From Polyangia bacterium (GTDB taxonomy: Bacteria; Myxococcota_A; Polyangia; Palsa-1104): a stretch of 30,529 nt of DNA. The stretch lies in the NCBI GenBank assembly GCA_036494045.1, contig DASXOU010000070.1, positions 1 to 30,529 on the forward strand, in the 5' to 3' direction. The translations under genes were made by a program, and so were the position numbers. The notes under the pieces were generated by a model that was not told the origin of the DNA, ran no database searches, and saw only the letters and a program-made list of their open reading frames with translations. Each line of letters starts with the position of its first letter. Within the stretch, counting starts at the first letter, position 1. This document shows, in pieces, positions 18,716 through 27,062 of this stretch.

Positions 18716-20658
18716 CCTGGGGCGACTTCCAGATCTTGTGGGTCTTGTCGATCGTGCCGATCCTCGTCGTCGCCTACGCGCTCGACGGGCAGCGGCGGCG
18801 GCGCCTGCTCGAGCGCATCGGTCATCAGCAGATGATCGCACGCATGACGGCGACATTTTCGCCGGCGCGCCGTCGCTGGCGCGCGGTGCTCCTGGTCGCG
18901 GGCGTGGCGCTGCTCGTGCTCGCGCTGGCAAGGCCCGAGGTACCCGGGCGCGCCAAGCTCACCGAGAGCCGCGGGCTCGACCTCGTGGTCGCGCTCGATT
19001 TTTCGAAGTCGATGCTGGCGCGCGACATCTACCCGACGCGGCTCGATCGCGCCAAGGCGGAGCTGGCGCGCTTCATCGACACGTTGAAGGGCGATCGCGT
19101 GGGCCTGGTGGCTTTCGCCGGCGAGACCATGTCGTATCCGCTCACCGTCGACTACGAAGCGGCCAAGCTGTTCTGGCGCGATCTGACGCCCGACGACATG
19201 CCGGTCGGCGGCACCGATCTCGGGCGCGCGCTGACCGCGGCCACCGACGAATTGGTGCGCGTGCGCGCGCGCGAAGGCAAGAAGCGCCCGGCGCAGGTGA
19301 TCCTGCTCATCACCGACGGCGAGGACACCGAAGGGCGCGGGCTCGAGGCGGCGCGCCACGCGGCCTCGCTCGGCATCAAGATCTACACGCTCGGCATCGG
19401 CAGCAACGACAAGCCGCCGGTGCCGCTCTACGACGAGGACGGCAAGCAGCACGGCTACCTCACCGACGCCGCGGGCGAGCCGGTGCGCGTCGGGCTCGAC
19501 GCCGCGTCGCTCAAGGAGATGGCGGCGATCTCGGGCGGCGAGTATGTCGCGCTCGATCCGCAGCGCTTCGGCGTTGATCGCGTGCAGGCGGCGATCGCCA
19601 GCCTCGAGCGCACCGAAGAGGCGGCGCGCTTCGAGCGCGAGCCGGACGACGTCGGGCGCGTGTTCCTGGTGCCGGCGTTCCTGGTGCTGCTGGCGGCGGC
19701 GTGCGTGCGCGAGCGGCGGCGGCGGCGGCGCGAGGTCGTGCGCGCGCCATCGGTGGAGGCGGCGAACACCAACATCAGCGAGCCGTCGCAGCGGATCCTG
19801 GCGGCGATGATCTTGATCTTCGTGTGGCCGCTTTTGTCCGGCTTCGATCTCTTGAAGCGCAAGGATCCGAACATCGAAGAGGGCAATCGGCTGTTGCAGG
19901 CGGGCAAGGCGGCCGATGCGCTGAAGTCGTACGATCGGGCCGTCGAGGCGCTGCCGGACGAGCCGATCGCGCACTTCGACCGTGGAGTAGCGCTCTATCA
20001 GCTCGGCAAGTTTCCCGAGGCGCAAAAGGAGTTCCAGCGCGCGTCGGAGGGGCATGATGCGAGCGTGAAGGCCGACGCCTACTACAACATGGGCAACGCG
20101 TCGCTCAAGCAGGAGCGCTACAAGGATGCGCTCGACGCGTACAAGCACACGCTTGGGCTGCGGCCCGATGATCGGCGTGCGAAGTGGAACCTCGAGCTGG
20201 CGTTGCGGCGGCTGCAGGAGCAGAAGCAGCAGCAGCAGCAGAAACAGTCGGATAAGCAGCAGAAGCCCGACGACAAGCAAAAGCAACAACAGCAGCAGCA
20301 GCAGGCGCAGCAGGATCAGCAGAAGCAGCAAGAGCAGCAGAAGCAGCAAGAGCAGCAGCAACAACAGCAGCAAGAGCAGGAACAGCAGGATCAGCAGAAG
20401 CAGCAGGAGCAGCAGCAAGCCGCCGAGCAGCAAAAACAGGATCAGCAGAAGCAGGAACAGCAGCAGCAGCCGGGCGACAAGGAGAAGCAGGAGCGCGACA
20501 AGCTCGCGCAGGCGCGCGCCAAGAAAGAGCAGCCGCGCGAGATCGACAAGCAGGACGCCGAGGCGGTGCTCGATGCGCTCGAGCGCGTCGAGCCGACGGT
20601 GCAAAAAGATCTGGCGCGCCGCCGCGCGGGCTCGCGGCGGCCGGCGAAGGATTGGTGA
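18712..20658 (+). CDS. BatB-BatC fusion: VWA domain, two hydrophobic segments, TPRs, Gln-rich linker, 648 aa
   Basis: ALDFSKSMLARD..PTRL, DRVGLVAFAG, ITDGED; TPRs AHFDRGVALYQLG, AYYNMGNA, AKWNLELA; C-terminal AEAVLDALE...KDW. Confidence 0.9.
   Translation: MTWGDFQILWVLSIVPILVVAYALDGQRRRRLLERIGHQQMIARMTATFSPARRRWRAVLLVAGVALLVLALARPEVPGRAKLTESRGLDLVVALDFSKSMLARDIYPTRLDRAKAELARFIDTLKGDRVGLVAFAGETMSYPLTVDYEAAKLFWRDLTPDDMPVGGTDLGRALTAATDELVRVRAREGKKRPAQVILLITDGEDTEGRGLEAARHAASLGIKIYTLGIGSNDKPPVPLYDEDGKQHGYLTDAAGEPVRVGLDAASLKEMAAISGGEYVALDPQRFGVDRVQAAIASLERTEEAARFEREPDDVGRVFLVPAFLVLLAAACVRERRRRRREVVRAPSVEAANTNISEPSQRILAAMILIFVWPLLSGFDLLKRKDPNIEEGNRLLQAGKAADALKSYDRAVEALPDEPIAHFDRGVALYQLGKFPEAQKEFQRASEGHDASVKADAYYNMGNASLKQERYKDALDAYKHTLGLRPDDRRAKWNLELALRRLQEQKQQQQQKQSDKQQKPDDKQKQQQQQQQAQQDQQKQQEQQKQQEQQQQQQQEQEQQDQQKQQEQQQAAEQQKQDQQKQEQQQQPGDKEKQERDKLAQARAKKEQPREIDKQDAEAVLDALERVEPTVQKDLARRRAGSRRPAKDW
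20215..20469 (+). repeat. CAG/CAA-rich low-complexity tract encoding a Q/E/K-rich linker
   Basis: Read directly; recurring CAGGATCAGCAGAAGCAG (QDQQKQ) sub-units. Confidence 0.9.
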
Positions 20659-23294
20659 TGCGAACGTTCCTTACCATCGCGGCGACGGTGATGCTGGCTT
20701 CGACGGCGCTCGCGGACGCGGCGGGCGTGCGCTTCGAAGCCTCCGTGTCGTCGGAGAGCATCACGCAGGATCAAGAGATCGACCTGACCATCACGCTCGA
20801 TCGCGCGGGCGCGCAGCCGTTCGAGTCGTATCGCGCGCCGTCGGCGCCGGACTTCGATCTCTTGCACACCGGCGCCAGCGAGCAGACGCAGTTCTCGTCG
20901 GCGAACGGCCGCGCGTCGGTGCGCGTGATCGAGCAGCACGTCTACGTCTATCACCCGAAGAAGCGCGGCGCGCTCAAGATCGGCCCAGCGATGGTGCGCA
21001 TCGCCGGCACCGACTTGAAGACGCGCGAGATCACGGTGCACGTCGGCGCCCCGCTCAAGAACGCGATGTCGTCGGTGGGCAAGGCGCCGCAGCCGGGCAT
21101 CGCGCTGCCGCCGCCGCCCGACGAGCTGCGCGGCGGCGAAGATCTGTTCGTCGACGCCGGCGTCGACAAGACCAAAGTGTACGTCGGGCAACAGGTGACC
21201 GCGTCGTGGCACCTCTATACCGACAGCCAGATCTTGAAGTATCGGCCGCTGGCCGAGCCGAAGTACGAAGACTTCTGGAGCGAAGATCTGTTCGTGCCCA
21301 CGTCGCACCTGGCGTGGGATCGCGCCGTCGTCAAAGGGCACGAGTACGAAGTGTCGCTGCTGCTCAAGAAGGCGCTCTTTCCGCTCAAGGCGGGGAAGCT
21401 CGCCATCACCGCGCTCGAGGCGGAAGCGACGACGATGGAGACCGCGTTCATGGCGGGCGCGTCCGACACGCGCAAGTCGAAGGCGCTCACCGTCGACGTG
21501 ATGCCGCTGCCCGTCGAGGGGCGGCCGGCCGGGTTCGAGCCGTCGAACGTTGGGCACTACGAGCTGTCGTCGTCGGTCGATCGCTCGGCGGTCAAGGCGG
21601 GCGAGGCGGTGACGTGGAAGGTGACGGTGCGCGGCGTCGGCAACATCCGCAACGTGCGGCTGCCCCCATATGCAAAAATGGCCGAAAAGCTCGACGGCTG
21701 GAGGGTCTACGAGCCGACGACGAAAGAGACCATCGATCCCGGCGACGAGATCCACGGTCAGAAGGTCTACACGTATCTATTGTTGCCGCAGAAGGGCGGC
21801 GCGCTGACGGTGCCGCCGGTCGAGCTCGCCTACTTCGATCCGACGACCGCCAAGTACGGCGTCGCCAAGTCGCAGCCGATCGCGCTCACCATCGAGGGCG
21901 ATCCGACCAAGGTCGAGTCGGCGTCGCCCACGTCGCCGACGGAGAACGTGCTCGGCCAGCAGGTGCGCCCGATTCGCAACCGCGCCAACGTGCACGGCAG
22001 CGTCGGCGATCGGCTGTTTCGCGGGCGCATCGCCATCATCATGCTGGCGGTGCCGCCGGGCGCGTGGCTCTTGGTGCTCATCGGCGATGCGCTGCGGCGG
22101 CGGCTCGGCCGCGAGACCGCGGGCTCCAAGCGCCGGCGCGCGCGGCGCTCAGCCCGGCGGCGGCTGCGCGTGGCCGAGTACCACATCAAGGCGGCGCGGC
22201 CCTCGGCGTTCTTCGGCGAGTGCGCGCGCGTCCTCTACGAGCACCTCGAGTATCGGCTCGGCAACAAGGTCGAAGCGTTCACGCTCGGCGAGCTGCGCGA
22301 ATATCTGATCGCGCGCGCCTTCGATCGCGAGACCGTCGAAGCGACCGTCAAAGAGCTCGAGAACTGCGACTTCTCGCGCTTCGCGCCGTCGGCGTCGGGC
22401 CCCGGCGAGATGCGCGCGGCGATGCGTCGCGTGCGCGCGCTCTTGCCCCTCATCGAGCGGCAGAAGCCGATCGAGCGCGAGCCGTCGCAACGGAGCGAGC
22501 GCTCCAGCTCGAGCCGTCCCATCGTCATCAGCGGCCTCATCTTCGCGCTCTTCTGCGCGACCAGCGCGCGCGCCGCCGACACCGAGATCGCGGCGTCGAA
22601 GGACGCGACCTTCCGGCGCGGCAACGACGCCTATTTCCACGGCCACTATCAACAGGCGGTCGACGCCTACGAGCAGGTGGTCGCGCTCGGCGTGGTTTCG
22701 GCCGATCTCTTCTACAACCTCGGCAACGCGTACCTGAAGAACGATCAGCTCGGCCCCGCGATCTACGACTACGAGCGCGCGCTCGAGCTCGATCCGTCGC
22801 AAGAGGACGTGCGCTTCAACCTCGGGGTCGCGCGCGACGCCGCGCGCAAGAAGGGCGAAGATCGCCTCGCCGGCGTCGAGTCGCAGCCGTTCTGGATGCG
22901 CGCGGCCTCGCAGGTCACGGTCAATTGGGCGAGCTGGCTCTTCCTCGGGCTCTACGTCGCGCTGTTCGCGCTGCTCATCGTGTTGCACTTCGTGCAGCCG
23001 GGCTTTCTGCGCGTCGGCATGTGGGCCGGCTTCGCCTTTCTCGGGCTCGCCACCGTCGTCGGTGGCGCGCTGCTCGGCGCGCGGCTCTATCTCGCCGATC
23101 GCGTGGAGCAGGCGATCGTCCTGCCCGACGTCGTGCAGGTCAAAGAGGGACCCGATCCGAATTACCAGTCGGTGTTCGGCGTGCACGCCGGGTTGCGCGT
23201 GCGCATGACCGAGAAGGAGCAGGATTGGGTACGCATCCGCCTGGCCAACGGGCTCGAAGGCTGGGTGCGCGAGCGCGACCTCGGCCGGCTGTGA
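20658..23294 (+). CDS. BatD-BatE fusion: BatD beta domains, TM, helical domain, then TPR, TMs and SH3-like domain
   Basis: Signal peptide ending ALA; VDKTKVYVGQQV, ALFPLKAGKL, GEAVTWKVTVRGVGN, YFDP; BatE part GNDAY..GHYQQA, FYNLGNAY, YERALELDP, WVRIRLANGLEGWV. ATG 20658 overlaps the upstream TGA. Confidence 0.88.
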   Translation: MRTFLTIAATVMLASTALADAAGVRFEASVSSESITQDQEIDLTITLDRAGAQPFESYRAPSAPDFDLLHTGASEQTQFSSANGRASVRVIEQHVYVYHPKKRGALKIGPAMVRIAGTDLKTREITVHVGAPLKNAMSSVGKAPQPGIALPPPPDELRGGEDLFVDAGVDKTKVYVGQQVTASWHLYTDSQILKYRPLAEPKYEDFWSEDLFVPTSHLAWDRAVVKGHEYEVSLLLKKALFPLKAGKLAITALEAEATTMETAFMAGASDTRKSKALTVDVMPLPVEGRPAGFEPSNVGHYELSSSVDRSAVKAGEAVTWKVTVRGVGNIRNVRLPPYAKMAEKLDGWRVYEPTTKETIDPGDEIHGQKVYTYLLLPQKGGALTVPPVELAYFDPTTAKYGVAKSQPIALTIEGDPTKVESASPTSPTENVLGQQVRPIRNRANVHGSVGDRLFRGRIAIIMLAVPPGAWLLVLIGDALRRRLGRETAGSKRRRARRSARRRLRVAEYHIKAARPSAFFGECARVLYEHLEYRLGNKVEAFTLGELREYLIARAFDRETVEATVKELENCDFSRFAPSASGPGEMRAAMRRVRALLPLIERQKPIEREPSQRSERSSSSRPIVISGLIFALFCATSARAADTEIAASKDATFRRGNDAYFHGHYQQAVDAYEQVVALGVVSADLFYNLGNAYLKNDQLGPAIYDYERALELDPSQEDVRFNLGVARDAARKKGEDRLAGVESQPFWMRAASQVTVNWASWLFLGLYVALFALLIVLHFVQPGFLRVGMWAGFAFLGLATVVGGALLGARLYLADRVEQAIVLPDVVQVKEGPDPNYQSVFGVHAGLRVRMTEKEQDWVRIRLANGLEGWVRERDLGRL

Positions 23295-23749
23295 AGATTC
23301 GCAAGGCCACGCGCGCGGATGTGCCGGCGATCGTAGCCTTGTACGCCGACGACGTGCTCGGCCGCGCCCGCGAGACGCCCGACGCGCTCGACGTCTACTA
23401 CGCCGCGTTCGACGCGCTCGACGGCGACGGTCGCGGAAGCGGCGGCGAAATCCTCGTCGGCGAACGCGACGGCCGCATCGTCGCCACGCTACAGCTCACC
23501 ATGATCCAGCAGCTCAGCCATCGCGGCTCCAAGATCGCCGAGATCGAAGCCGTGCGCGTCGCCTCTGATCTGCGCGGCGGCGGCCTCGGCGCTGCTATCG
23601 TGCAATTCGCCGTCGAGCGGGCGCGCGCCGCCGGCTGCGTGCGCGTGCAGCTCACGTCGAACAAGGAGCGCCTGGACGCCCACCGCTTCTACGAGCGGCT
23701 CGGCTTCCGCCGCTCGCACGAAGGCTTCAAGCTCTACTTTTCTTCCTAG
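23291..23749 (+). CDS. GNAT family N-acetyltransferase, 152 aa
   Basis: IRKATRAD, EIEAVRVASDLRGGGLG (acetyl-CoA motif A), QLTSNKER.DAHRFYERLGF; GTGA overlap with batD-E. Confidence 0.93.
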   Translation: MKIRKATRADVPAIVALYADDVLGRARETPDALDVYYAAFDALDGDGRGSGGEILVGERDGRIVATLQLTMIQQLSHRGSKIAEIEAVRVASDLRGGGLGAAIVQFAVERARAAGCVRVQLTSNKERLDAHRFYERLGFRRSHEGFKLYFSS

Positions 23750-23767
23750 CCGCCGGTGTCAGGAACT

Positions 23768-24640
23768 TCAGGCTCGGCTCCACCGGCCGTCCGCGTGACA
23801 GCGCGCGCGCCCGTCGTGCTCCAGCTTCTTCAGATGCGCCAACAGCGAGCGCGCCGCCAGCGGGTAGATCGCCGCCGCGACGTCCGGATACGCCGCCGGC
23901 ACCAGCGCCTGCACCGTCGCCGGCGCGTCCCGGAGCGCCGCCGCCACGCGCGCCTCGCGCTCGAGCCGATGCGCCACGTAGAAATCGATCCGCGCGCCCC
24001 CGTCGACGATCGGCGGACCATGCGCGGGCAGAAGGCGCGTCGCGCCGCCGTCGACCTCGCCGCGCAGCCGCGCCAGCGACTCGAGATAGAGCCGCATGTC
24101 GCCGCTGTCGCCGGGCTCGATGATGATCGTCCCCACCGACGCCACCATGTCGCCGGCGACGATCGCGCGCGCCTTGGCGTCGACGAAACACAAATGTCCC
24201 GGCGCATGCCCCGGCGTGAACAGCGCGCGCAGCTCGCTCGGCCCGACGTCGAGCCGCTCGCCGTCGTCGAGCAGCCGCGACACGCTCACGCGCCCGGCCA
24301 CGCGCGACGCGGTCTCGCGATGCGCCCACACCGGCACGCCGTGCTTGGCGGCGAGCCGCGCCGCGTCGCCCACGTGATCGACGTGATGATGGGTGAGCAC
24401 CACCGCCGCCAGCGTGACCTTCTCGGCCAAAAGCCACGCGTCGAGCCGCGCCTGCTCGTCGGCGTACGGCGTGGCCGGATCGATGGCGAGCGCCCGCGCG
24501 CCGTCACCCACGATGTAGCAGTTGGTGCGCGTCGCCGGCGGCAGCGTCGGCGTGCGCAGGGGAATCACGCGGATCCACGGCGCTCCGTCGAGAACGAAAG
24601 GGTCGCCGTCGTTGACGGCTTGCGTCACATCACTGGTCAT
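23768..24640 (-). CDS. MBL-fold metallo-hydrolase (LACTB2-like, with C-terminal winged helix), 290 aa
   Basis: TPTLPPAT.TNCY, THHHVDHVG (HxHxDH), TPGHAPGH, AGDMV, LPAHG, AARSLLAHLKKL; TAAATT 6 nt before ATG. Confidence 0.92.
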   Translation of the reverse strand: MTSDVTQAVNDGDPFVLDGAPWIRVIPLRTPTLPPATRTNCYIVGDGARALAIDPATPYADEQARLDAWLLAEKVTLAAVVLTHHHVDHVGDAARLAAKHGVPVWAHRETASRVAGRVSVSRLLDDGERLDVGPSELRALFTPGHAPGHLCFVDAKARAIVAGDMVASVGTIIIEPGDSGDMRLYLESLARLRGEVDGGATRLLPAHGPPIVDGGARIDFYVAHRLEREARVAAALRDAPATVQALVPAAYPDVAAAIYPLAARSLLAHLKKLEHDGRARCHADGRWSRA

Positions 24641-24721
24641 GGTCCAAATTTACCGTGACGACGCCAAACGTCGCGCGTAGAATTGAAGTGTGCTTCGGCT
24701 GAGAATGCCGATCGAGCTGCG

Positions 24722-24997
24722 ATGACCAACGTTACGGCTCGCAAGATCCGCGACCATGGACGAGAACGGCCCGCCGTAGGCGTCGGCCGTGTCTACAACG
24801 GCTTTCTCGTCAGCTATCCGGTCGTTGGGCGCGGCATGGTCATCTTTCGCGATCCCAACGGGCATCGGATGATCACCACGCCGGTCAAGCGCGTGCTCGC
24901 CGATCCCGACGGTGAGTCGGTCTACGTCGAGACCGAGAACAGCGTGTACCGGCTCACGTTCCACCGCCCGATTCCTGCCGCTCCGCAAGCGGCGTGA
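24722..24997 (+). CDS. Small beta-rich hypothetical protein, about 91 aa
   Basis: Non-degenerate sequence ITTPVKRVL...VYVETENSVYRLTF; upstream TAGAAT at 24678-24683; ATG 24722 chosen over TTG 24683. Confidence 0.72.
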   Translation: MTNVTARKIRDHGRERPAVGVGRVYNGFLVSYPVVGRGMVIFRDPNGHRMITTPVKRVLADPDGESVYVETENSVYRLTFHRPIPAAPQAA

Positions 24998-25380
24998 AGC
25001 GCCTCGCCTTCACCGTCGGCCTCGCGCTCGCCGGCGTCGTCGTCATCGGGCTCGTCGGCGGCGATCCGCGCGGCACCCGCTCGATGGTGCGCTCAGAGCA
25101 CATCGTGCTGGCCGGGTTGTTATTGTGCATCTGCACAACAATTATTACGTGGCGCACAACGCGCGCCTCGGCGTGGTGGCTGGCGCCGATCGGCATCCTG
25201 GCGGTGATGGGCGCGCTGTGCGGCTGGATCGCCGGCGTCGAGTTCGCCGGCGACACGGCGACCGCGGTGCGCCTGGCGACGGCGCCGGGCAAGGTCGCGT
25301 TCCTCGTCGCCATGACCAGCGCCGGCCTGGCGCTGCCGACAGCCGGCCTATCCGCGCTCGCCCGCCGCTTCGCGCGCTAG
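24994..25380 (+). CDS. Hypothetical membrane protein, 128 aa, about four TM segments
   Basis: GTGA overlap with the upstream gene; four hydrophobic stretches; no recognised motif. Confidence 0.6.
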   Translation: MKRLAFTVGLALAGVVVIGLVGGDPRGTRSMVRSEHIVLAGLLLCICTTIITWRTTRASAWWLAPIGILAVMGALCGWIAGVEFAGDTATAVRLATAPGKVAFLVAMTSAGLALPTAGLSALARRFAR

Positions 25381-25382
25381 GC

Positions 25383-25655
25383 CTAGTCGCCGCGCGCGCC
25401 GGCGTCGGCGGGATCGCAGATCACGTGCACCTGGTCGCATTCCCAGTACCCGGTGCACAAGCACTGGCAGTCGTAGCCGAACGACGAGCGGCAGGTCGTC
25501 TCGACCCCATAGTCGCACTTCGCCGTCGACGATTGCTCGGCGCCCGCAGGGCACGCCGCAGCCGCGCCTGACAGATCGGGCGGCGACTGCGACGTCAGAT
25601 CGACCGGATCGCAGCAGCCGGCGGCGAACAACAGCACGAACGTGACGACTCGCAT
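25383..25655 (-). CDS. Small Cys-rich lipoprotein, 90 aa
   Basis: MRVVTFVLLFAAGC lipobox; CP...CDY...C...CQC.C..YWEC pattern. Confidence 0.8.
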   Translation of the reverse strand: MRVVTFVLLFAAGCCDPVDLTSQSPPDLSGAAAACPAGAEQSSTAKCDYGVETTCRSSFGYDCQCLCTGYWECDQVHVICDPADAGARGD

Positions 25656-25667
25656 GCGCCGTCATCT

Positions 25668-25683
25668 TCCACGTCCCGTGCCA
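25668..25683 (-). promoter_or_regulatory. Possible sigma54 (-24/-12) promoter
   Basis: TGGCACG-GGAC-GTGGA versus consensus TGGCACG-N4-TTGC. The -24 element is perfect, but -12 has GG instead of GC. It ends 12 nt before ATG 25655. Confidence 0.4.
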
Positions 25684-25775
25684 CGCACCCGCACGCCGCT
25701 ATTTGCGCACTTCCCGTCGCCGCGCGCGCCCATCTCCGGACGCCAATGTCGCTTCTACGACCGCACCGACAACGA

Positions 25776-25831
25776 GGCCGGGCACTGTGGTCGGTTCCGA
25801 CGCCGGAAACGACCACCGTGCGCACCCGGCC
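25776..25831 (-). terminator. Long imperfect hairpin just downstream of rlmI (terminator/stability element or REP-like)
   Basis: Paired arms GGCCGGG/CCCGGCC, CAC/GTG, GTGGTCG/CGACCAC, TTCCG/CGGAA; starts 13 nt after the stop; no U-tract. Confidence 0.5.
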
Positions 25832-25844
25832 GCCGCCCCACCGC

Positions 25845-27023
25845 CTACACGACGCGGCAGAGCAGGAACTTCAGATAGCGCCCTTCGGGGAACGCGGGCG
25901 GCACCGGATGATCCGGCCCCTGCGACGACGTCGACAACAGCTGCACGCGCCGCCCCGCGTCCTTGGCCGCGCCCGCGACCATGCGCTCGAAGGCCTCCTC
26001 GTCGACGAGCTGCGAGCAGCTGCACGTCGCCAAAAGCGCGCCGTCGGCGCACGCGGTCATGCCCAGCGTATTGAGCCGCTGGTAGCCCTTGAGCGCGGCA
26101 TCGAGGTCCTTGCGCGCGCGCGCGAACTTCGGCGGATCGAGCACGACGATGTCGTAGCTGCGCGGCCGCACCGTCTCGAGGAAGCGGAAGGCATCGGACT
26201 CGATGGTCTCGACGTTGCCGAGCCGATTGAGCTCGGCATGCGCGCGCACCCGCTCGGGCGCGCGCCCCGAGGCGTCCACGCACGTCGCCTGGCTCGCCCC
26301 GCCGGCGAGCGCGTTGAGCGCGAAGCCGCCGGCGTAGGTGTAGACGTCGAGCACGCGCGCGCCCTTGGCCAGCGACGCCAGCGCGCGCCGGTTCTCGCGC
26401 TGATCGAGGAACATGCCGGTCTTCTGCCCGTGCAGCGGATCGACCTCGAGCACAAGACCGTTCTCGCGGCAGCGCACCAGCTTCGCGGCCGCGTCGTCGC
26501 CGCGCACCGTGCGCGTCGCCGAAGCGAACCCTTCGACCTGCGCGAAGCCGCCCGCCGCGACCTCGACGATCGCCTTCGGCGACAAGTGCTCGGAGAGCGC
26601 GTCGTAGAGCTCGACCTCGCGCTTCTTCATCCCGAGCGCGGTGAACTGCACCGCGCACACGTCGCCATAGACGTCGACGACCACGCCCGGCAGCGCGTCG
26701 CCCTCGGAGTTGACGAGCCGATACGCGTTCGTCGTCTCCGACGGGAAACCGAGCCGCGCGCGCAGCCCGGCCGCCTCCTTCACGCGCCGCGCGACCAGCG
26801 CCGCGTCGACCGCTTCGTCGCGCGTCGTCATCATGCGCACGCGAATCTGCGAGCGCGGATTGACGAAGCCGCGCCCGATGAAGCGCCCTTCGGCGTCGGC
26901 CACGTCGACGACGTCGCCCGGCTGATAGGTGCCGTCCTCGCGCGCGACCGCGCCCGAATAAACCCACGGATGGCCCTGCCACAAAGGATTGGCCCGTCCG
27001 CGCTTGAGGAACAGCGTTGCCAT
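25845..27023 (-). CDS. rlmI: RlmI-family class I SAM-dependent rRNA m5C methyltransferase with PUA domain, 392 aa
   Basis: GHPWVYSG, YRLVNSEGDALPGVVVDVY, GQKTGMFLDQRENR, LDPPKFA, TCSCS, DHP....FPEGRYLK; ATG 27023. Confidence 0.92.
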   Translation of the reverse strand: MATLFLKRGRANPLWQGHPWVYSGAVAREDGTYQPGDVVDVADAEGRFIGRGFVNPRSQIRVRMMTTRDEAVDAALVARRVKEAAGLRARLGFPSETTNAYRLVNSEGDALPGVVVDVYGDVCAVQFTALGMKKREVELYDALSEHLSPKAIVEVAAGGFAQVEGFASATRTVRGDDAAAKLVRCRENGLVLEVDPLHGQKTGMFLDQRENRRALASLAKGARVLDVYTYAGGFALNALAGGASQATCVDASGRAPERVRAHAELNRLGNVETIESDAFRFLETVRPRSYDIVVLDPPKFARARKDLDAALKGYQRLNTLGMTACADGALLATCSCSQLVDEEAFERMVAGAAKDAGRRVQLLSTSSQGPDHPVPPAFPEGRYLKFLLCRVV

Positions 27024-27062
27024 GGCCGCGCAACCTAGCACGGAAATGATAAGGTCGCCGAC
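27024..27062. promoter_or_regulatory. 39-bp divergent promoter region with two extended -10 elements
   Basis: Minus strand: TG-c-TAGGTT (27040-27032), 8 nt before ATG 27023. Plus strand: TG-a-TAAGGT (27047-27055), 7 nt before GTG 27063. Confidence 0.65.

Noticed and set aside
23768..24640. Beta-lactamase resistance gene
   Set aside because: No signal peptide; the LACTB2-like N-terminal motif and winged-helix tail indicate a housekeeping MBL-fold hydrolase.
25377..25386. Perfect palindrome CTAGGCCTAG (and TAGC...GCTA at 12538-12550)
   Set aside because: Produced by two convergent TAG stop codons a few nt apart; no extra function is needed.
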